Below, piece by piece: positions 29,045-43,005 of a stretch of DNA of 64,000 nt (positions within the stretch are counted from its first letter, which is position 1; each line of letters opens with the position of its first letter). Source of the stretch: Octopus vulgaris (taxonomy: Eukaryota); assembly GCA_951406725.2 (NCBI GenBank), contig OX597814.1, positions 126,418,001 to 126,482,000 on the forward strand. The letters are read 5' to 3'. Made by a program: the position numbers and the translations under genes. The notes beneath the pieces are model-generated. The model made no database searches. It was given only the letters and a program-made list of their open reading frames with translations, and was not told the origin of the DNA.

Positions 29045-30374
29045 ATGATGATGTTTTTATAATTATTATTATTAATATTATTGTTATTATAACAGTAGCA
29101 AAGTGGCAGAAACAATAGAATAACTGAAAAATTAACTACCTTGCAGTATTTAGTTATGACCTATTAGATTATAAGTTCAAATCCTGTCATAGCCAACTTT
29201 GCTTTTCCTCTTTCCAGGGGTTGATGAAAGAGTAGCAATCAAGCACTAGGGTCAATTTAGTTGACTGCACTCTCCCCCACAAGTTTTAACATTGTACCTA
29301 TGTTAGAAACAATTATTGAATAATAATAATAATAAAGCACCATCCAAACATAGCCAATGCCAGTACCTCCTGACTGGCTCTCATGCCGGTGGCATGTAAA
29401 AAGCACTATCCAAACAGGATCGATGCCAGTACCAGTGACACGTAAAAGCACCCACTACACTCTCGGAGTGGTTGGTGTTAGGAAGGGCATCCAACTGTAG
29501 GAACATTGCTAGATCAGTTTGGAGCCTGGTGCAGCCACTGGCTCTCCAGACCTCAGTCAAACCGTCCAACCCATGCTAGCATGGAAAACGGTATTAGTAA
29601 TGGCTTTTTATATTCTGTGTTCAAATTCTGCTGTGGTCAATTTTTTACTTTTTATCATGTTGTGGCTAATAAAATAAGTATCATTCAAATATTACAATTA
29701 AACCTTTTGACAGATCCCTCACCTCAAAACTTCTGGCCTTGTTGTGCTTATGTAAAGAAAACTATTATTATTACAAATCAAAGTACCAAGCAAGCAATGT
29801 TGCTTTTCATCCTTTTGAGGTTGATAAAATAAAGTATCAGATGAGTGTTGGGGTTAGTGATATTGACCAAACCACTCTCCTCAAAACTGCTGGCCCTATG
29901 CCTAAGTCGAATACCATTAAAGGTGGTTAGTGGGCAGAATTGTTAGAGCAATGGACGAAAATTCGTGCAATATTTCTTCCAGTTCTTTACTTTCTGAGTT
30001 CAAATCCTGCGAAGGTCAACTTTGCCTTTTGTCCTTTCGGAGTCAATAACATAAATGACTAGTTAAGTACTGAAGTTAATTGCTTGCCTTGAAACGATTG
30101 TTAAAGTGGTTAACTACCCAAGGCTTTACATCATGAGACAAAATTCCTATCAGTGTTTCTTCTAACTCATGTTTTAAGTTCAAATTCTGCTGGGGCCAAC
30201 TTTACCTTTTATCCTTCCAGGATCAATAAAATGAAGTACCAGTCAAATACTGGGGTTGATGTAATCAACTTACTCCTTCCATCAAAATTACTGGCTTCTG
30301 CCAAAATTAGAAAGGGCTATCCTTCATCCTGGTGGCAAATAAATGACATCATCATCATCATCATCATTATTTAT

Positions 30375-30640
30375 TTATCTTTTTATTTATTCACTTAACT
30401 TCTAATTTATTTAAGTCACATCTCAGCTCCATCCCACAACTCTTTCCTCAACACATGAACTGTTCCAAGTATTGCTGCCAACTGAAAACTCCCTATGAAA
30501 TTTGGTATTTGCTGCTTTTGATGTCAGAATATTGCTCTTTTTGAGATGGTCCCAAATGTACTGATCACAATAGGTACCACACTTACATTTGAGGCTTCAA
30601 GGATTCTTCTCTCTCCCAATCCTAGGTTTTGGTTTCCAAT
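30375..30640 (-). mobile_element. R4/Dong-type RLE LINE, short 3' fragment
   Basis: Minus strand NVSVVPIVISTFGTISK...QLAAILGTVHVLRKEL, the C-terminus of a restriction-like endonuclease; bounded by ATC/ATT repeats. Confidence 0.65.
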
Positions 30641-30810
30641 TATTAGTATCATCGTCATCATCATCATTGTTATTATTATTGATTTTATTATTGTTGTTTG
30701 ATGACATCAGATATCATCGTCAGGTTGCATTATAATTACTGCATTTTCCTGTTGACTAATATTATTTTCTCTGAGTGCTTAACATGCCTTCTATAATTAA
30801 TCTGTTTCAG

Positions 30811-31047
30811 GCAAGCCATCATGTACTCACTTTTAGAAAAGACTGAACCGAAGGTTTTAGTGCAGGTCAACCACTCCATTGACTGCCTAGCTCTTGATAA
30901 AAAGCATCAGAAACTTTACTGGACTGGTTATAATAATATCACAGGTTTTATTGCTGAAATCAACCTTAAACACACAAACAAGCCTTACAAACAGTTGTTG
31001 GTCAACTTGGACTCACCCAGAGCTGTCACCATCCATGCAGATAAGAA
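30811..31047 (+). CDS. LRP-like exon 8 (YWTD repeat)
   Basis: tttcag/gtaaat; QAIMYSLLEKTEPK...CLALDKKHQKLYWTG...NLDSPRAVTIHADK; phase 2 to 2. Confidence 0.92.
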
Positions 31048-31189
31048 GTAAATTCCAGTTTTTATTCTTCTTTAAACTCTTCTTTTATTAATGTTCACTC
31101 ATTTCTAAGTATTATGCATAATTTACTTCCAAGTTGACAATGAGATTCAAGTGCATGATTTCTGAAAAGTTTTATGCACACATAAAAGC

Positions 31190-31273
31190 ACACTGACATA
31201 TATACACACACACACATCTATATATGTGTATATGTGTTTATTTACATATATATATGTATATATATATATATGC

Positions 31274-31356
<83 letters not shown>

Positions 31357-31388
31357 TATATATATATATATGCATATATATATATATA

Positions 31389-31424
<36 letters not shown>

Positions 31425-31466
31425 TATATATATATATATGCATATATATATATATATATGCATATA

Positions 31467-31556
<90 letters not shown>
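31190..31556. repeat. Compound (TA)n/(TATG)/(TG)n microsatellite
   Basis: Directly visible; a similar block lies at 32217-32555. Confidence 0.95.
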
Positions 31557-31670
31557 AATTTATAAATGAGGATAATATCGATATTATCAAGTGGCCAGCA
31601 TGGGAAAAAATACCGTACAAAGGTAATAATTTTTTACAATTAAAAATGAGGGTGTCTGATATATATGTAC

Positions 31671-31709
<39 letters not shown>

Positions 31710-31712
<3 letters not shown>

Positions 31713-32215
31713 ATATATATAAAACTCTAGTTGTGTGAGTGTCTGTCCCCTTCGATTTAGATTCCTAACTACTCCCACATTTTGCGGTGCAGTTTAACCA
31801 AATTCGGGTATCTTATAGTCGTGATTCATATCGAGCCCGTCTGACTATTAGCACGCGTGAACGATGAGTCTACGATTTTAAAAATAATTTAACATCATTT
31901 TTTATTCCATTTTAATGCATAAAATGCATCGTGTGTCGATGGCGGCGGAGTTGGCGTCCACGCTCACGCCTGCACCTGTTTGCTTCTCCCCCTTCCCTCC
32001 CTCGTGAAGCTGTGGGGAAGGGAGTGTAAAGAAATCAACGTCGTAATGCGTTGTGAAGGAAACCAGCGTTCTTTTAGAACAACGACTTCATGGCTTGAAG
32101 ACACCAAAACAAAAATGGCTAAGAAAACCCGAATTTATAAAGGGAAGTAACTCTCTAAAAATGCTTATATAGTTATTTCCCTTACAAACCCGAGCAACGC
32201 CGGGCGATACTGCTA

Positions 32216-32216
<1 letters not shown>
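31710..32216 (+). mobile_element. Non-autonomous Helitron
   Basis: 5' TC, 3' CTAG, subterminal hairpin CCCG-agcaacgc-CGGG 8 nt before CTAG, inserted between A and T with no TSD. Confidence 0.85.
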
Positions 32217-32264
<48 letters not shown>

Positions 32265-32407
32265 TATACATATGTATATATATATATGCATATATATATG
32301 TATATATATATATGCATATATATATATATGTATATATATACATGCATATATGTATATATATATATGCATATATATATATGCATATGTATATATATATATA
32401 TGCATAT

Positions 32408-32441
<34 letters not shown>

Positions 32442-32807
32442 GTAAATAAATACATATATATATACATATATATGTAAATAAATACATATATATACATATA
32501 TATATATACACACACACATACATACATACATACATACATACATACATACATACATGGTGCAATGAGTAAATTGTTGCCATTTTATATTTTTAATTTTGTG
32601 CGTGTGGATTGTTTGTTTTTGACTTTGTTGACTACACAGAATAGTAGGGTCAGTTGGGCACCGTCTTTGAGAAAAACAGCACTATGATGCTGTTCACTCT
32701 GCCAGAAATTTGGAAACGACATGCTGTACTGCTTGGCATTCATGACAGAAGCTCCAATACAAACATGTCAGAGTGTTTGGGTAGACAGAAACTGAAGGAA
32801 GCTTGTC

Positions 32808-32861
<54 letters not shown>

Positions 32862-33494
32862 ATACATATGTATGTGTGTGTATATGTTTGTGTGTCTGTG
32901 TTTGTCCCCCCAACATTGCTTGACAACCGATGGTGGTGTGTTTACGTCACTGTAACTTAGCAGTTCAACGAAAGAGACTGATAGAATAAGTACTAAACTT
33001 ACAAAGAATAAGTCCTGAGGTTGATTTGCTCGACTTAAGGTTGTGCTCCAGCATGGCCACAGTTAAATGACTGAAACAAGTAAAAGAGATGGAAAGTGAA
33101 AGTTGTGTGCATGCGTGCATGCAAGTATCACTGTCATGAAATGGTGTTCTTCACTTGCAATCTTCCATGAAAGTATGTCTGGTCAGGTGAGTGTTGGCAA
33201 CACGAAAGGTATCTAGCCATAGGAGTTCTGCCTCAACAAATCCATCCAACCCATGCAAGCAAGGTTAAGTGGACACTAAAACTCTAATGATGCTTTCAAC
33301 ATACATTCAACTGTGACCTGGTCACTGAGAATAACCAGGTTATGGTTGGGTGACAATTGACCAGAAAATAAATCAAAAGTGAATTTAACAGTTCCTGCTT
33401 GGTTTTAAATGGCTAGAATGGCTCATCCATAATATACTTGCTTCAGTTTCAGCACATGATCTCATATCAGTTCATTAGATAAATATACCTCTAA

Positions 33495-33880
33495 TCTCTC
33501 TATATATAAACGGCAGTTTGTCTGTCTGCGTGTCTGTGTGTCTGTTAGGTTGTACCCTCACCCTGACCACGGCTTTCAACCGATTCTGATGAAACTTGAC
33601 ACACACATAGCCCAATGTCATAATTCAAAACTAACGCAGCGAAAATTTTGAAAAGTTCTCCCAGTTCTGAAAAAAAATCGATAAATTCGACATGGGGTCG
33701 AGAATCAGAAACACAAACCACAGACTGTCTAGGGGACGCAACTCGACCTTTTTAACTCTCAACAAAAATTTACCATAATTTTTTTTTCCATTTTTTTGCT
33801 ATTTTTTGGCTATAACTCTCTAAAAATGCTTTATAGTTATTTCCCTTACAAACCCGAGCAACGCCGGGCGATACTGCTAG
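33495..33880 (+). mobile_element. Non-autonomous Helitron, second subfamily
   Basis: 5' TCTCTCTATATATAAA, the same 3' hairpin and CTAG as the 31710 element, A|T target. Confidence 0.85.
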
Positions 33881-34272
33881 TATATCTATAAAACACTTAA
33901 CTGGTTTCACATTCATATATTTTAAAATGTAAATAAATCTTCATATTCAGCTTCATTAATTTCTTCTATATTTCTTGTTTGGATTACTAATGATTTTTCT
34001 TTCTCTCTTGCTATGTGTATGTAAATGTATATATATATATATATATATATATATGTAGGGAGAGGGATTTCAATGAGAATTAAACTTTCACATATTTCTC
34101 TTCTAACCAAGTAACCATGTTAATGCTACAATAAATAGACATAGATGGTTTCATGTACAAATAAAGTGTTTATCAGCCAACAAAGTGTTTGTGATGTGAC
34201 GTGTCCATCACATCATTTATCATGTAGTTTTAAGATAAACAACTATGCTAAACGCTACTATGATTTTTTGTT

Positions 34273-34317
<45 letters not shown>

Positions 34318-34353
34318 AGGGGTGGCAATGAATATAATCACTATAGACCTATA

Positions 34354-34756
34354 GGCATAGGAGTGGCTTTGTGGTAAGTAGCTTTCTTACGAACCACATG
34401 GTTCCGGGTTCAAACCCACTGCATGGCACCTTGGGCAAGTGTCTTCTAATATTGCCTCGGCCAACCAAAGCCTTGTGAGCATATCTGGTAGACGGAAACT
34501 GAAAGAAGCCCGTCGTATATATGCATATATATGTGAGTGTGTATATGTTTGCGTGTCTGTGTTTTCCCCCAACATCGCTTGACAACCGATGCTGGTGTGT
34601 TTACGTCCCCATAACTTAGTGGTTCGGCAAAAAGAGAATGATAGAATAAGTACTAAGCTTACAAAGAATAAGTCCTGGGGTCGATTTGCGCGACTAAAGA
34701 CCGTGCTCCAGCATGGCTGCAGTCAAATGACTGAAACAAGTAAAAAAGTAAAAGAG
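34354..34756 (+). mobile_element. tRNA-derived SINE, family A
   Basis: Full-length copy similar to 12693-13085. Confidence 0.85.
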
Positions 34757-35829
34757 ACCACCGACTTGTCAGACCGATGCAGCCAATGCTTAGCCTGAAC
34801 CTCTACTGGTCAATGACTGCAGGGGAAATGTGAACATGGATAAGCCAAAGGGGTCTTGCAAAAGAGAGAATAACATTAAATGTACTCAAAAAGTGGATGG
34901 TAACGGTATTAAGTAATGTGTTAGGCCTCTCCCCACCCCCACCCCCACTTTCCCCGCCAAAAAGAAAAGAAAGCATGAGATATCATAAACTAATAAGAAT
35001 TAACTCTAAATATATTTACATAAATACATTGCATAAATAACAGTTCAGAGTCAATTGAAGCCTTTTATACATGACACCTCTACCTTGCAATGCCTTTCTA
35101 ATATACTAACAAATAAAAACACACTGTAAGTAAATACTATTATTATGTAAGGCCTAATTACAAATAAAGAAAGGCCTTAAAAAAGAATTAACTGATATAA
35201 CTACTAGAAATATGGTACAAGTGAAACCAGAGACACAGTCTTTGAGGATACATTTGTACTTACAATGATAAGCAAAATATTTTTGAACAATATAATTTAA
35301 AATCAGAATTTGTTATAAATTTGGCTTTTGTTCATATTATCATGCTTTCTTGATAACATTTTTCTTGATTATCCAACTTGGAAAACTACCAATTTTCTGC
35401 GTAAATTTTATATGCATAAGACTTTTCCTGTTTAAAAGACAAAGAAATTTATTGATAATAAATTTCCCTTTCATCATGTAAAATGCAAGTGTAAACAAGT
35501 AATATGCCATTGAACAGGATAAATAAATTGTTTATTCAGAGAGTGGAATTGAAAAAAAACTCAGCAAACCATAAACATAAATGTTTCAGGTATATTGAAC
35601 TACCTATTCCAAAGTGTAACAAACCAAAATTATTATCATTAATATCAAAAGAATCATATTAACATAACAAATGGTGCTTACTGAAATCATTCAATGATAC
35701 TTTCAGCCAATCCATATATTTAAGTGCCTTTTCTTTAATTATTCTTTTTATTATGATGCTAATATGTTGTTGTCGTATAAGTAGTTTAATTTTTTTTTTT
35801 AATTTAGTCAGAAGAAAGAGCTTGTGCTT

Positions 35830-36790
35830 ATGGCCTTTGCAGTCTTTCTGAGATTGGTGTGATTACTGCCATCAATATCCTTCTAGAACATTTGTATGTT
35901 GATGGCTGCCAGAAAGACATGTAACCGAGAGTGATTTGCAAGGGACCAAAGTTATGGAGGAAGTTACTGGACATAGTAATTAGTGTATGGGCTGGAGTAT
36001 GTGATCCACTATAGGTGACAAGATTGGGAGAGATAAGTTAGAAGTATTTAGGTAGAGGTAGCATAGCACCAACCAGTTGTGAAGAACTGAGGTCACTGTA
36101 GTAGCTGTAAAAAAATGGGTAGAGATGAGCACATCTGTGGACCAGAGGTTGGAATGTATTAGTGAGTGACTTCATATCAATCAGTTGAGTGACCATTCAG
36201 TGAGGTTTGTTTTGTCATATTGAGGATATATGATCACTTGAAGATGTTGTTGTTGTTAAGGCTGCTCAACAGGAGCAGTGGTGTAGCACAAGTGGGTTCA
36301 CTGAGGCAGTTGTTCTGATTTCAAAATTTTTAGAGGCACAAAATTTCAAAAGAAAACTATAAAATAGCAATAATGAATAAAAAAAAAAGTGTCGACTTCC
36401 CAAGGTGCACTGATGCCCAGGCACTGGTTACCCACACAACTTGAATTGACTGGATATTTGAAACTTCAAGGGCAAACATAGATATGAGAACAGCATTTTG
36501 GATGAGTTTTGGTTGGGCAATATACATGCCACTCAGAATATGGCTCAATATCAAAAATGTTGCTCCATTAGAGCCACCAGAATTTGTAGTGAATTTGAGG
36601 GTTCCCGTTTCATACCGTTTGTGTTTAACAGGTGTACAATAAGGTTTTATTGATGTGTATAGAGATTGAGTCTGTATTTGGATCATGCCAGAGTTGTTAG
36701 TATGTGGCTCAGAGAGAGATCCATCAGTGCACACAACCCTGAAGTAAGATCTGCTGAAAGCCACCAATCCAAGAGACTGATTCTAGTTAA
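35830..36790 (-). mobile_element. Decayed CR1/L2-like LINE ORF2 fragment
   Basis: ORF 36357-36767 contains RVVCTDGSLSEPHTNNSG, resembling the RT segment preceding GVPQGS; the downstream frames look like a broken CR1 C-terminus. Confidence 0.5.
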
Positions 36791-37021
36791 GAAGAATATC
36801 ACAATATTAATAACACTCAAATTAAGCCAATTATCAAAGATATAATCCAAGTCAGATAATAAACTTTAGTTTATTATCTGAATTAATGTCCTTTTTTTTT
36901 CTCTTATGATTTTCTTATGGTGTGATAACTATAAGTAAAGATACAAACATTCAATTGTAGTGTAACCATCACTAAATGCAAATCTAATTCAAATATATTT
37001 TTGTTTGTTTTAAAAATTTAG

Positions 37022-37212
37022 CATTATATTTTGGAGTGAATATGGACTGAAATCTGGAAAAGCTGGTGTTTACCGATGCCACACAAACTGCCATCGACAT
37101 AAGACAGTAATGGCAGAGAAACTACAGTGGCCCAACAGCCTGGTCATCCACAAAAATGAATTGTATGTTGCTGATGGTTTTCATGGTCGCATTTATGTCA
37201 TGGATTTCAAAG
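37022..37212 (+). CDS. LRP-like exon 9 (YWTD repeats)
   Basis: tttag/gtcagt; IIFWSEYGLKSGKAGVYRC...KLQWPNSLVIHKNELYVADGFHGRIYVMDFK; phase 2 to 1. Absent from the ORF track. Confidence 0.9.
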
Positions 37213-38695
37213 GTCAGTTTATTGTCAATAAGCCTTCTTCATGATTACATAAAATGTAATAAGGGTGAACCCTCCTACAGACATTCTCTTTGCTGTGCTT
37301 CTCTTGCCATTTAGTTCCAATCAAAGTTCACTGTGAGACATTTCTTTTCAATCTAAGGATGAGACGAAAAGCAGTGCCCATACATTACATTTTCTTTTTT
37401 AGATTTTTTTTTTTGTCAGTTCAGTTTTTGTATAAAACTTCCTTCCACCCCACTATTTCTTGGTTATCTTTCCTCTCTCTTCTTTCACATGGTCACTTAA
37501 CCTATTACATTTAACAATAAAATTCCTGGCAAACCACACATTACCATTTTACAACAGATTGAACTGTGCAGTCCTGGATACAATAACAATTCTGCCAGCT
37601 CGGCAGAATTGTTAGCACGTCGAGCGAAATGCTTAGCAGTATTTCATCTGCCATTACATTCTGAGTTCAAATTCTGCCATGGTTGATTTTGCCTTTCATC
37701 CTTTCGGGGTCAATTAAATAAGTACCAGTTTTGCACTGGGGTCAATGTAATCGACTTAATCCCTTTGTCTGTCCTTGTTTGTCCCCTCTATGTTTAGCCC
37801 CCCCCCTCCCTTGGGGCAATAAAGAAGTAAATATTGTTGTTAAAAGAATGATTGTTGTTTTTCTCACCCATTACATGCTTATTAGCCTTTTTCTTCTGCC
37901 CACTCTGTTACCCTTTCTTCTATTAGTCACCTCCTGTCCTAGTCTCTGTTTCATGTTGTCTGTATAATGAGTGATAGCATTTGATCTATCCATATCCAAT
38001 CCCTCTACTTCTTTCCACCTTCATCTATCTACCACTGTACCTGCTTCCATTATAACATCTGCATGTATGAAGAATAGTATCAGATCAGTCTTTATTCAGT
38101 ACCCCTTACCACCACCCTTCTTTACAACAAGCTATCTATCTCCCTCATGGGATTCTTCATTGTCATTTACCACTCTCACCTTTACTCATTCCTATTGTTA
38201 TTCCTCATATGCTCTTTCTTACTACACCCCATTTTTAATGCTATCCTATCATGCTTGCCATATAGTTTTCTATTCAATCTCCTCATCAACAACCAATATG
38301 TTGCAATCAGTGTCTCCTCTTACCATCCTTTCACTCATATCACTCTACTTCTCCCTATCACACTCATATTCATACTTTCTCTTCTTTCACTGACATGGCC
38401 ATCACCCACTTCAGTTCACACTACCTTGTCATATCTACCTTGAAAAAGTAGAGACAATCTAGAACAGATAGACTTTTTAAGACTGGCAGAGTACAAGGCA
38501 ACCACTCTAGAAAGAGCAAGAGAAGAATAACAATAGAAATGGGTATGGTTGAGAGTGGTAGATATCAATGAAGAATCGTATGAAGGAGATAGATGGTGAG
38601 TAGTAAAAGAAGAGGACAATAGAGGGACCAGAATAAGGATTTGTCTGAAGCTATTCTTCATTCTACCATGATAAAATTACACTCTGCAAAGTGAA

Positions 38696-39020
38696 GGCGC
38701 ATGGCTCAATGGTTAGAGCATCGAACTTATGACCGTGAGGTTGTGAGCTTGAATCCCAGACTGGGCTGTGTGTTGTGTTCTTGAGCAAGACACTTTATTT
38801 CACATTGCTCCAGTTTACTCAACTGTAGAAATGAGTTGCAATGTCACTGGTGCCAAGCTGTATCAGCCTTTGCCTTTCCCTTGGATAACATCGGTGGCGT
38901 GGAGAAGGGAGGCTGGTATGCACGGGCGACTGTTGGTCTTCCATAAAAAACAACCTTGCCCAAACTTGTGCTTGGGAGGGTAACTTTCTAGGTGCAATCC
39001 CATGGTCATTCGTGACCAAA
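38696..39020 (+). mobile_element. tRNA-derived SINE, family C
   Basis: ggcgcatggctcaatggttagagc head; same body as the 24163 copy. Confidence 0.8.
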
Positions 39021-40104
39021 GCCGGTTTCCGACACTCTGCAAAGTGGTTGGCAAATGAGGGAAGACATTGTGGAATAGAGAGAACTTTTTAACCTCACTG
39101 GGAGCATGAACAATCTGTCTAGTGCTTGTGCTTTGATAAAATGCATCCAGTACACTGAATAAGGGAGTAAGGGAGTGAGTATTAGAAAGGCTACCCAGCT
39201 GTAGAAAATAGTCCAAAAAATGGAATATACTAGTAAGATAGTCCTCCAGCCCATTTAGACTGTTACCTCACATCCAACTCATGCCAGCATGGTCAACATG
39301 TAAAATAACGATGATAGCTATAACTATTATGCTTGCAAGTTTGTATAGATATGTACCTATGTTTATACATTTGAGTTAATTATACCTACATTTTGTATGT
39401 CTACCTACCTTTGCCTGTTTGAATAACTATTTACCTATGTTTCTATATATGTGTAGCATTGAATCTCATGTTTGAATTGATAATTATGAACATACATTTA
39501 TATTTCTATGTAATTATGTGTTGATACATGTATGTTTGTAATGCAAAAGTAGTTGATGGTGCAGTGTTACTGTGTGTTTGAATGTGAAGATTTAAAATGG
39601 ACAAATATACAGGAAATAAGTATTGCAATATTTAAAATATTGATTAAATTTTTCATTTGTATATTTTTAAAGTGGATAAAATTAAAACTTTAAATGGGGA
39701 TTATTTTAAAGAGAATTAAATTCTTTCCTCGTGATAGATTTTAATAAAATAAGATTTATCTTAAAAATAATAATAAATATTAACAATAACAACAACATCA
39801 GTATTAATAACAAGAAGAAGAATGGTAATTGTAAGGCAGAATCATTAGTGAATCAGATGAAATTTTTAGCAGCATTTCTTCCAGCTCATTACATTCTGAG
39901 TTCAAATTCTAACAAGGTCCACTTTGACTTTCATCCTTTCAGGATCAATAAAATAAGCACTAGTTGAGTTCTGGGATCAATGTAATAGACTAGCCCCTCA
40001 CTCCACTGAATTTTCTGGCCTTATGCCAAAATTTGAAATTGTTATCATCATCATCATCATCACCATCATCGTTATTATTATTATTATTATTATTATTCAT
40101 TATT

Positions 40105-40320
40105 AAAGCGACAAACTGGCAGAATCATTAGCGCACTTTATAAAATGCTTAGCGGTATTTTGCCCGTTACTATGTTCTGAGTTCAAATTCCATCGAGGTC
40201 AACTTTGCCTTTCATCCTTTCAGGGTCAATAAATTAAGTACCAGTGAAACATTGGGGTCGATGTAATCAACTTGTCCCATCCCCCAAAATTTCAGGCCTT
40301 GTGCCTATAGTAGAAAGGAT
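40105..40320 (+). mobile_element. SINE family B (Deu/Nin-like), flanked by (ATT)n
   Basis: ggcagaatcattagc...gagttcaaattcc..gaggtcaactttgcctttcatcctttcagggtc...tagaaaggattattatt. Confidence 0.75.
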
Positions 40321-40339
40321 TATTATTATTATTATTGTA

Positions 40340-40386
<47 letters not shown>

Positions 40387-40389
40387 TGT

Positions 40390-41056
40390 TTTACTTCTCA
40401 GAGCACTGTCTTGTTTGTTCTGGTTGATTCTGTAAGAGCAGACAGCAGCCTGTTTTCAGAGGTCTCACAGGGTCTCTTTCCATACATTATAATCTTTGAT
40501 AATTGATTGTTAATTATTGTAAAAGACATTCAACATCCAAAACCAGTCTCAAAATCCTAGCTGTCCCCAGCAGAGCAGTTTTTTGAGCTTGCTCTGTTCT
40601 CATGTCAATTTCAATTTCTCTGACATATTTCTTGAATTTGGTTGTTAGTGCTCCAAGTGCCCCTGCAGCTACTGGGATGACAAACACTCTCCTCATTGTT
40701 CACATTCTTGCAATTTTGTCTCTTAGTAGCCTGTACTTTTCAATCTTTTCTTGTTCTTTGTCATTTATGCACGTATCCTCAAGTATTGCAATGTCTATAA
40801 TCTTGGTTTCTATTTTACCTTTATCAACCACAACAATGCCTGGTCTCCAAGCATTGATTAGGGATTCATATTGGATTGTAAAATCCCACAGTATCTTATA
40901 TTCACTGTTCTCAGTGACTCTTTCTGGTTTGTGTTTGTACCATTTCCATGCTCTGTCCAAGCTGTACTTTTCACATAGTCTCCAGTGAACAAACTTAGCC
41001 ACATTATCATGCCTCCTTTTGTAGTGCTTTTGGGCCAGCTTGCTACACACTCTCAA
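40390..41056 (-). mobile_element. R4/Dong-type RLE LINE, 5'-truncated
   Basis: CSKLAQKHYKRRHDNVAKFVHW...ILWDFTIQ...RPGIVVVDK...IIDIAI...KIEKY...VIPVAAGALG...QKTALLGTARILRLVL: RHD plus a PD-(D/E)xK-type restriction-like endonuclease; (TAA)n on both sides in element orientation. Confidence 0.9.
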
Positions 41057-41107
41057 AGATTGTTTTGTTTATATGTAAGATTGTTATTGTTGTTGTTGTT
41101 GTTATTA

Positions 41108-41162
<55 letters not shown>

Positions 41163-42276
41163 GCAAATAACATTGAAAATCTGTATACTTAAGACAAGAA
41201 GTTGGCAAGGGACTAGTATGTGTCAGAGAACAGTTTAAGAAAGTAGCTATTAATGCTGCTCAAATCATATTAATTCCCAAGAAAGCCTGTTACTTATCTT
41301 TAATTGTTAAATTCAATCTTTTCATTTTTATAGACAGGTAGTGTGTTAAATTTTATTTAGAGAAAATACAGTCATATCCCACCTTCCTGGCTAAGACTCA
41401 GAAAAGTTGTTACATCATACACTCCTTCAATATAGTTCTTGTTCCACGGTAGTGTGTGAGGTTTGAAGATGATACTACCTAATGCAGTATTCCGAGAGCA
41501 GAATATTTCATAAATAGGACAAAGTGTTCCAAAACTGCAATGTGTGTTTGTTTTTTGTGTTGTTTATTGAAAAGACTACTGGTTGGATGTGAGCTAGATT
41601 ATTGTTGTCATCAACGTTGCTGTTGTCACCATCAATCAGGAACTATGACCTTTTATTCAAAAATAGTTTGTCTCAGACTACAATACCTGTTAAGTTCTTT
41701 CTTTTTATTTAAAGACAAAAGAGTATAATTTCAGTCTGTGCTCGACCCAAAGAGATATGTCTTTGCTGCAGAAAGACATATCTCACAAACAACAACCACA
41801 CTTATTGCTTCCATTCAGGAATCTCCACATTTCAGCACACTATCAGGCTTATGTCTCTTGCAGCATATATAATGATAATGATGACAATGATGATGACAAT
41901 GATGATGACAATGGCAGTGGTTTATAATTAAGGCACAAGGCCAGCAATTTTGAAGGAAGGCAATTAGTCAATGGATGAAATACTGCTAAGCAATTCATCC
42001 AGCATGCTAATAATTCTGCCAGCTTGCCACCTTAATAATAATGATAATAATGATAATAATAATAATCATCTAATAATAATAGTTTCAAATTTTGGCACAA
42101 GGCCAGCAACTTGTGGGAGGGGAGTAGTTGATTACATCGACTCCAGTATTCAACTGGTACTTATTAATATAAGGCAAAGTCCACCTCAACAGGATTTAAA
42201 CTCGCAACGTAGCAACAGGTGAAATACCACTAAGCATTTCATCCAGCATGCTAACAATTCTACCAGCTTGCCACCT

Positions 42277-42310
<34 letters not shown>

Positions 42311-42446
42311 GATAATAATAATAATAATTTCATTTATTTTCCACAAGAGCAAAGGATGAGGGGGACAATACAAAGACAGACATAAAGTGTGGGGGTTTAC
42401 ATATAATAATGAAATGATAAAAAAAAATTTAAATAATAATATAAAC

Positions 42447-43005
42447 AAATGCCCTGATTCAGTACCAGGCAGTGGCTCCCATGCTTCAGATCTTAACTGA
42501 TTAGAAGTGTTATCATGTACATTGTTTTGTCTTGGTTTGAAGGTGGGTTGCAGCAAATATTCTGCTCAGTATCACAAATTTGCTTGTCAGTTGTTTGACC
42601 TCAACCAGTTGAGCATGTTCTTTAGTGGCTGACGATATGTGCATCTCTGATCATGATCAGTAGTTGGTGGGGGACCATAGCCATGTGTTGAAAGGAATTC
42701 TTTGGGGTTTGGATAATTCACCTTTGGATACATGGGTGTTTCATTCAACATCCTTCAGCAACCCTTATTCAGGGACCTTTTAAGTGGGATGGGCTACTCA
42801 ACCTGAAGAAAATTCTAACTGGGCCCACACCTGCAAAGTCATGCACTGTTTATCTTGATATGAGATCACCGTGTCACACACATATGGTTGTGTTGCATGT
42901 GCCTGGTGTACCCTTATCAGACAAGTAGTCATGATGGGTATACTGGGTTTCGTATATTTTACCCCAGTGTCACTTTGATGGCATGCATTGCTCTCTCACT
43001 CAGTA
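42447..43005 (+). mobile_element. Interspersed non-coding repeat ending ...ctctctcactca followed by A/T-rich triplet repeats
   Basis: Its 5' part recurs at 15062-15180 and its 3' end recurs inverted at 28940-28992; always next to TAA-type arrays. Confidence 0.55.

Noticed and set aside
31147-32580. Long YI/IY-rich ORFs of up to 170 aa
   Set aside because: Translations of (TA)n/(TATG) microsatellites, open on both strands, with no splice or domain support.
38696-38770. tRNA-like sequences here and at 12693, 44430-44500 and 49165-49236
   Set aside because: They are SINE heads continuing into repeat bodies; no complete cloverleaf is evident.
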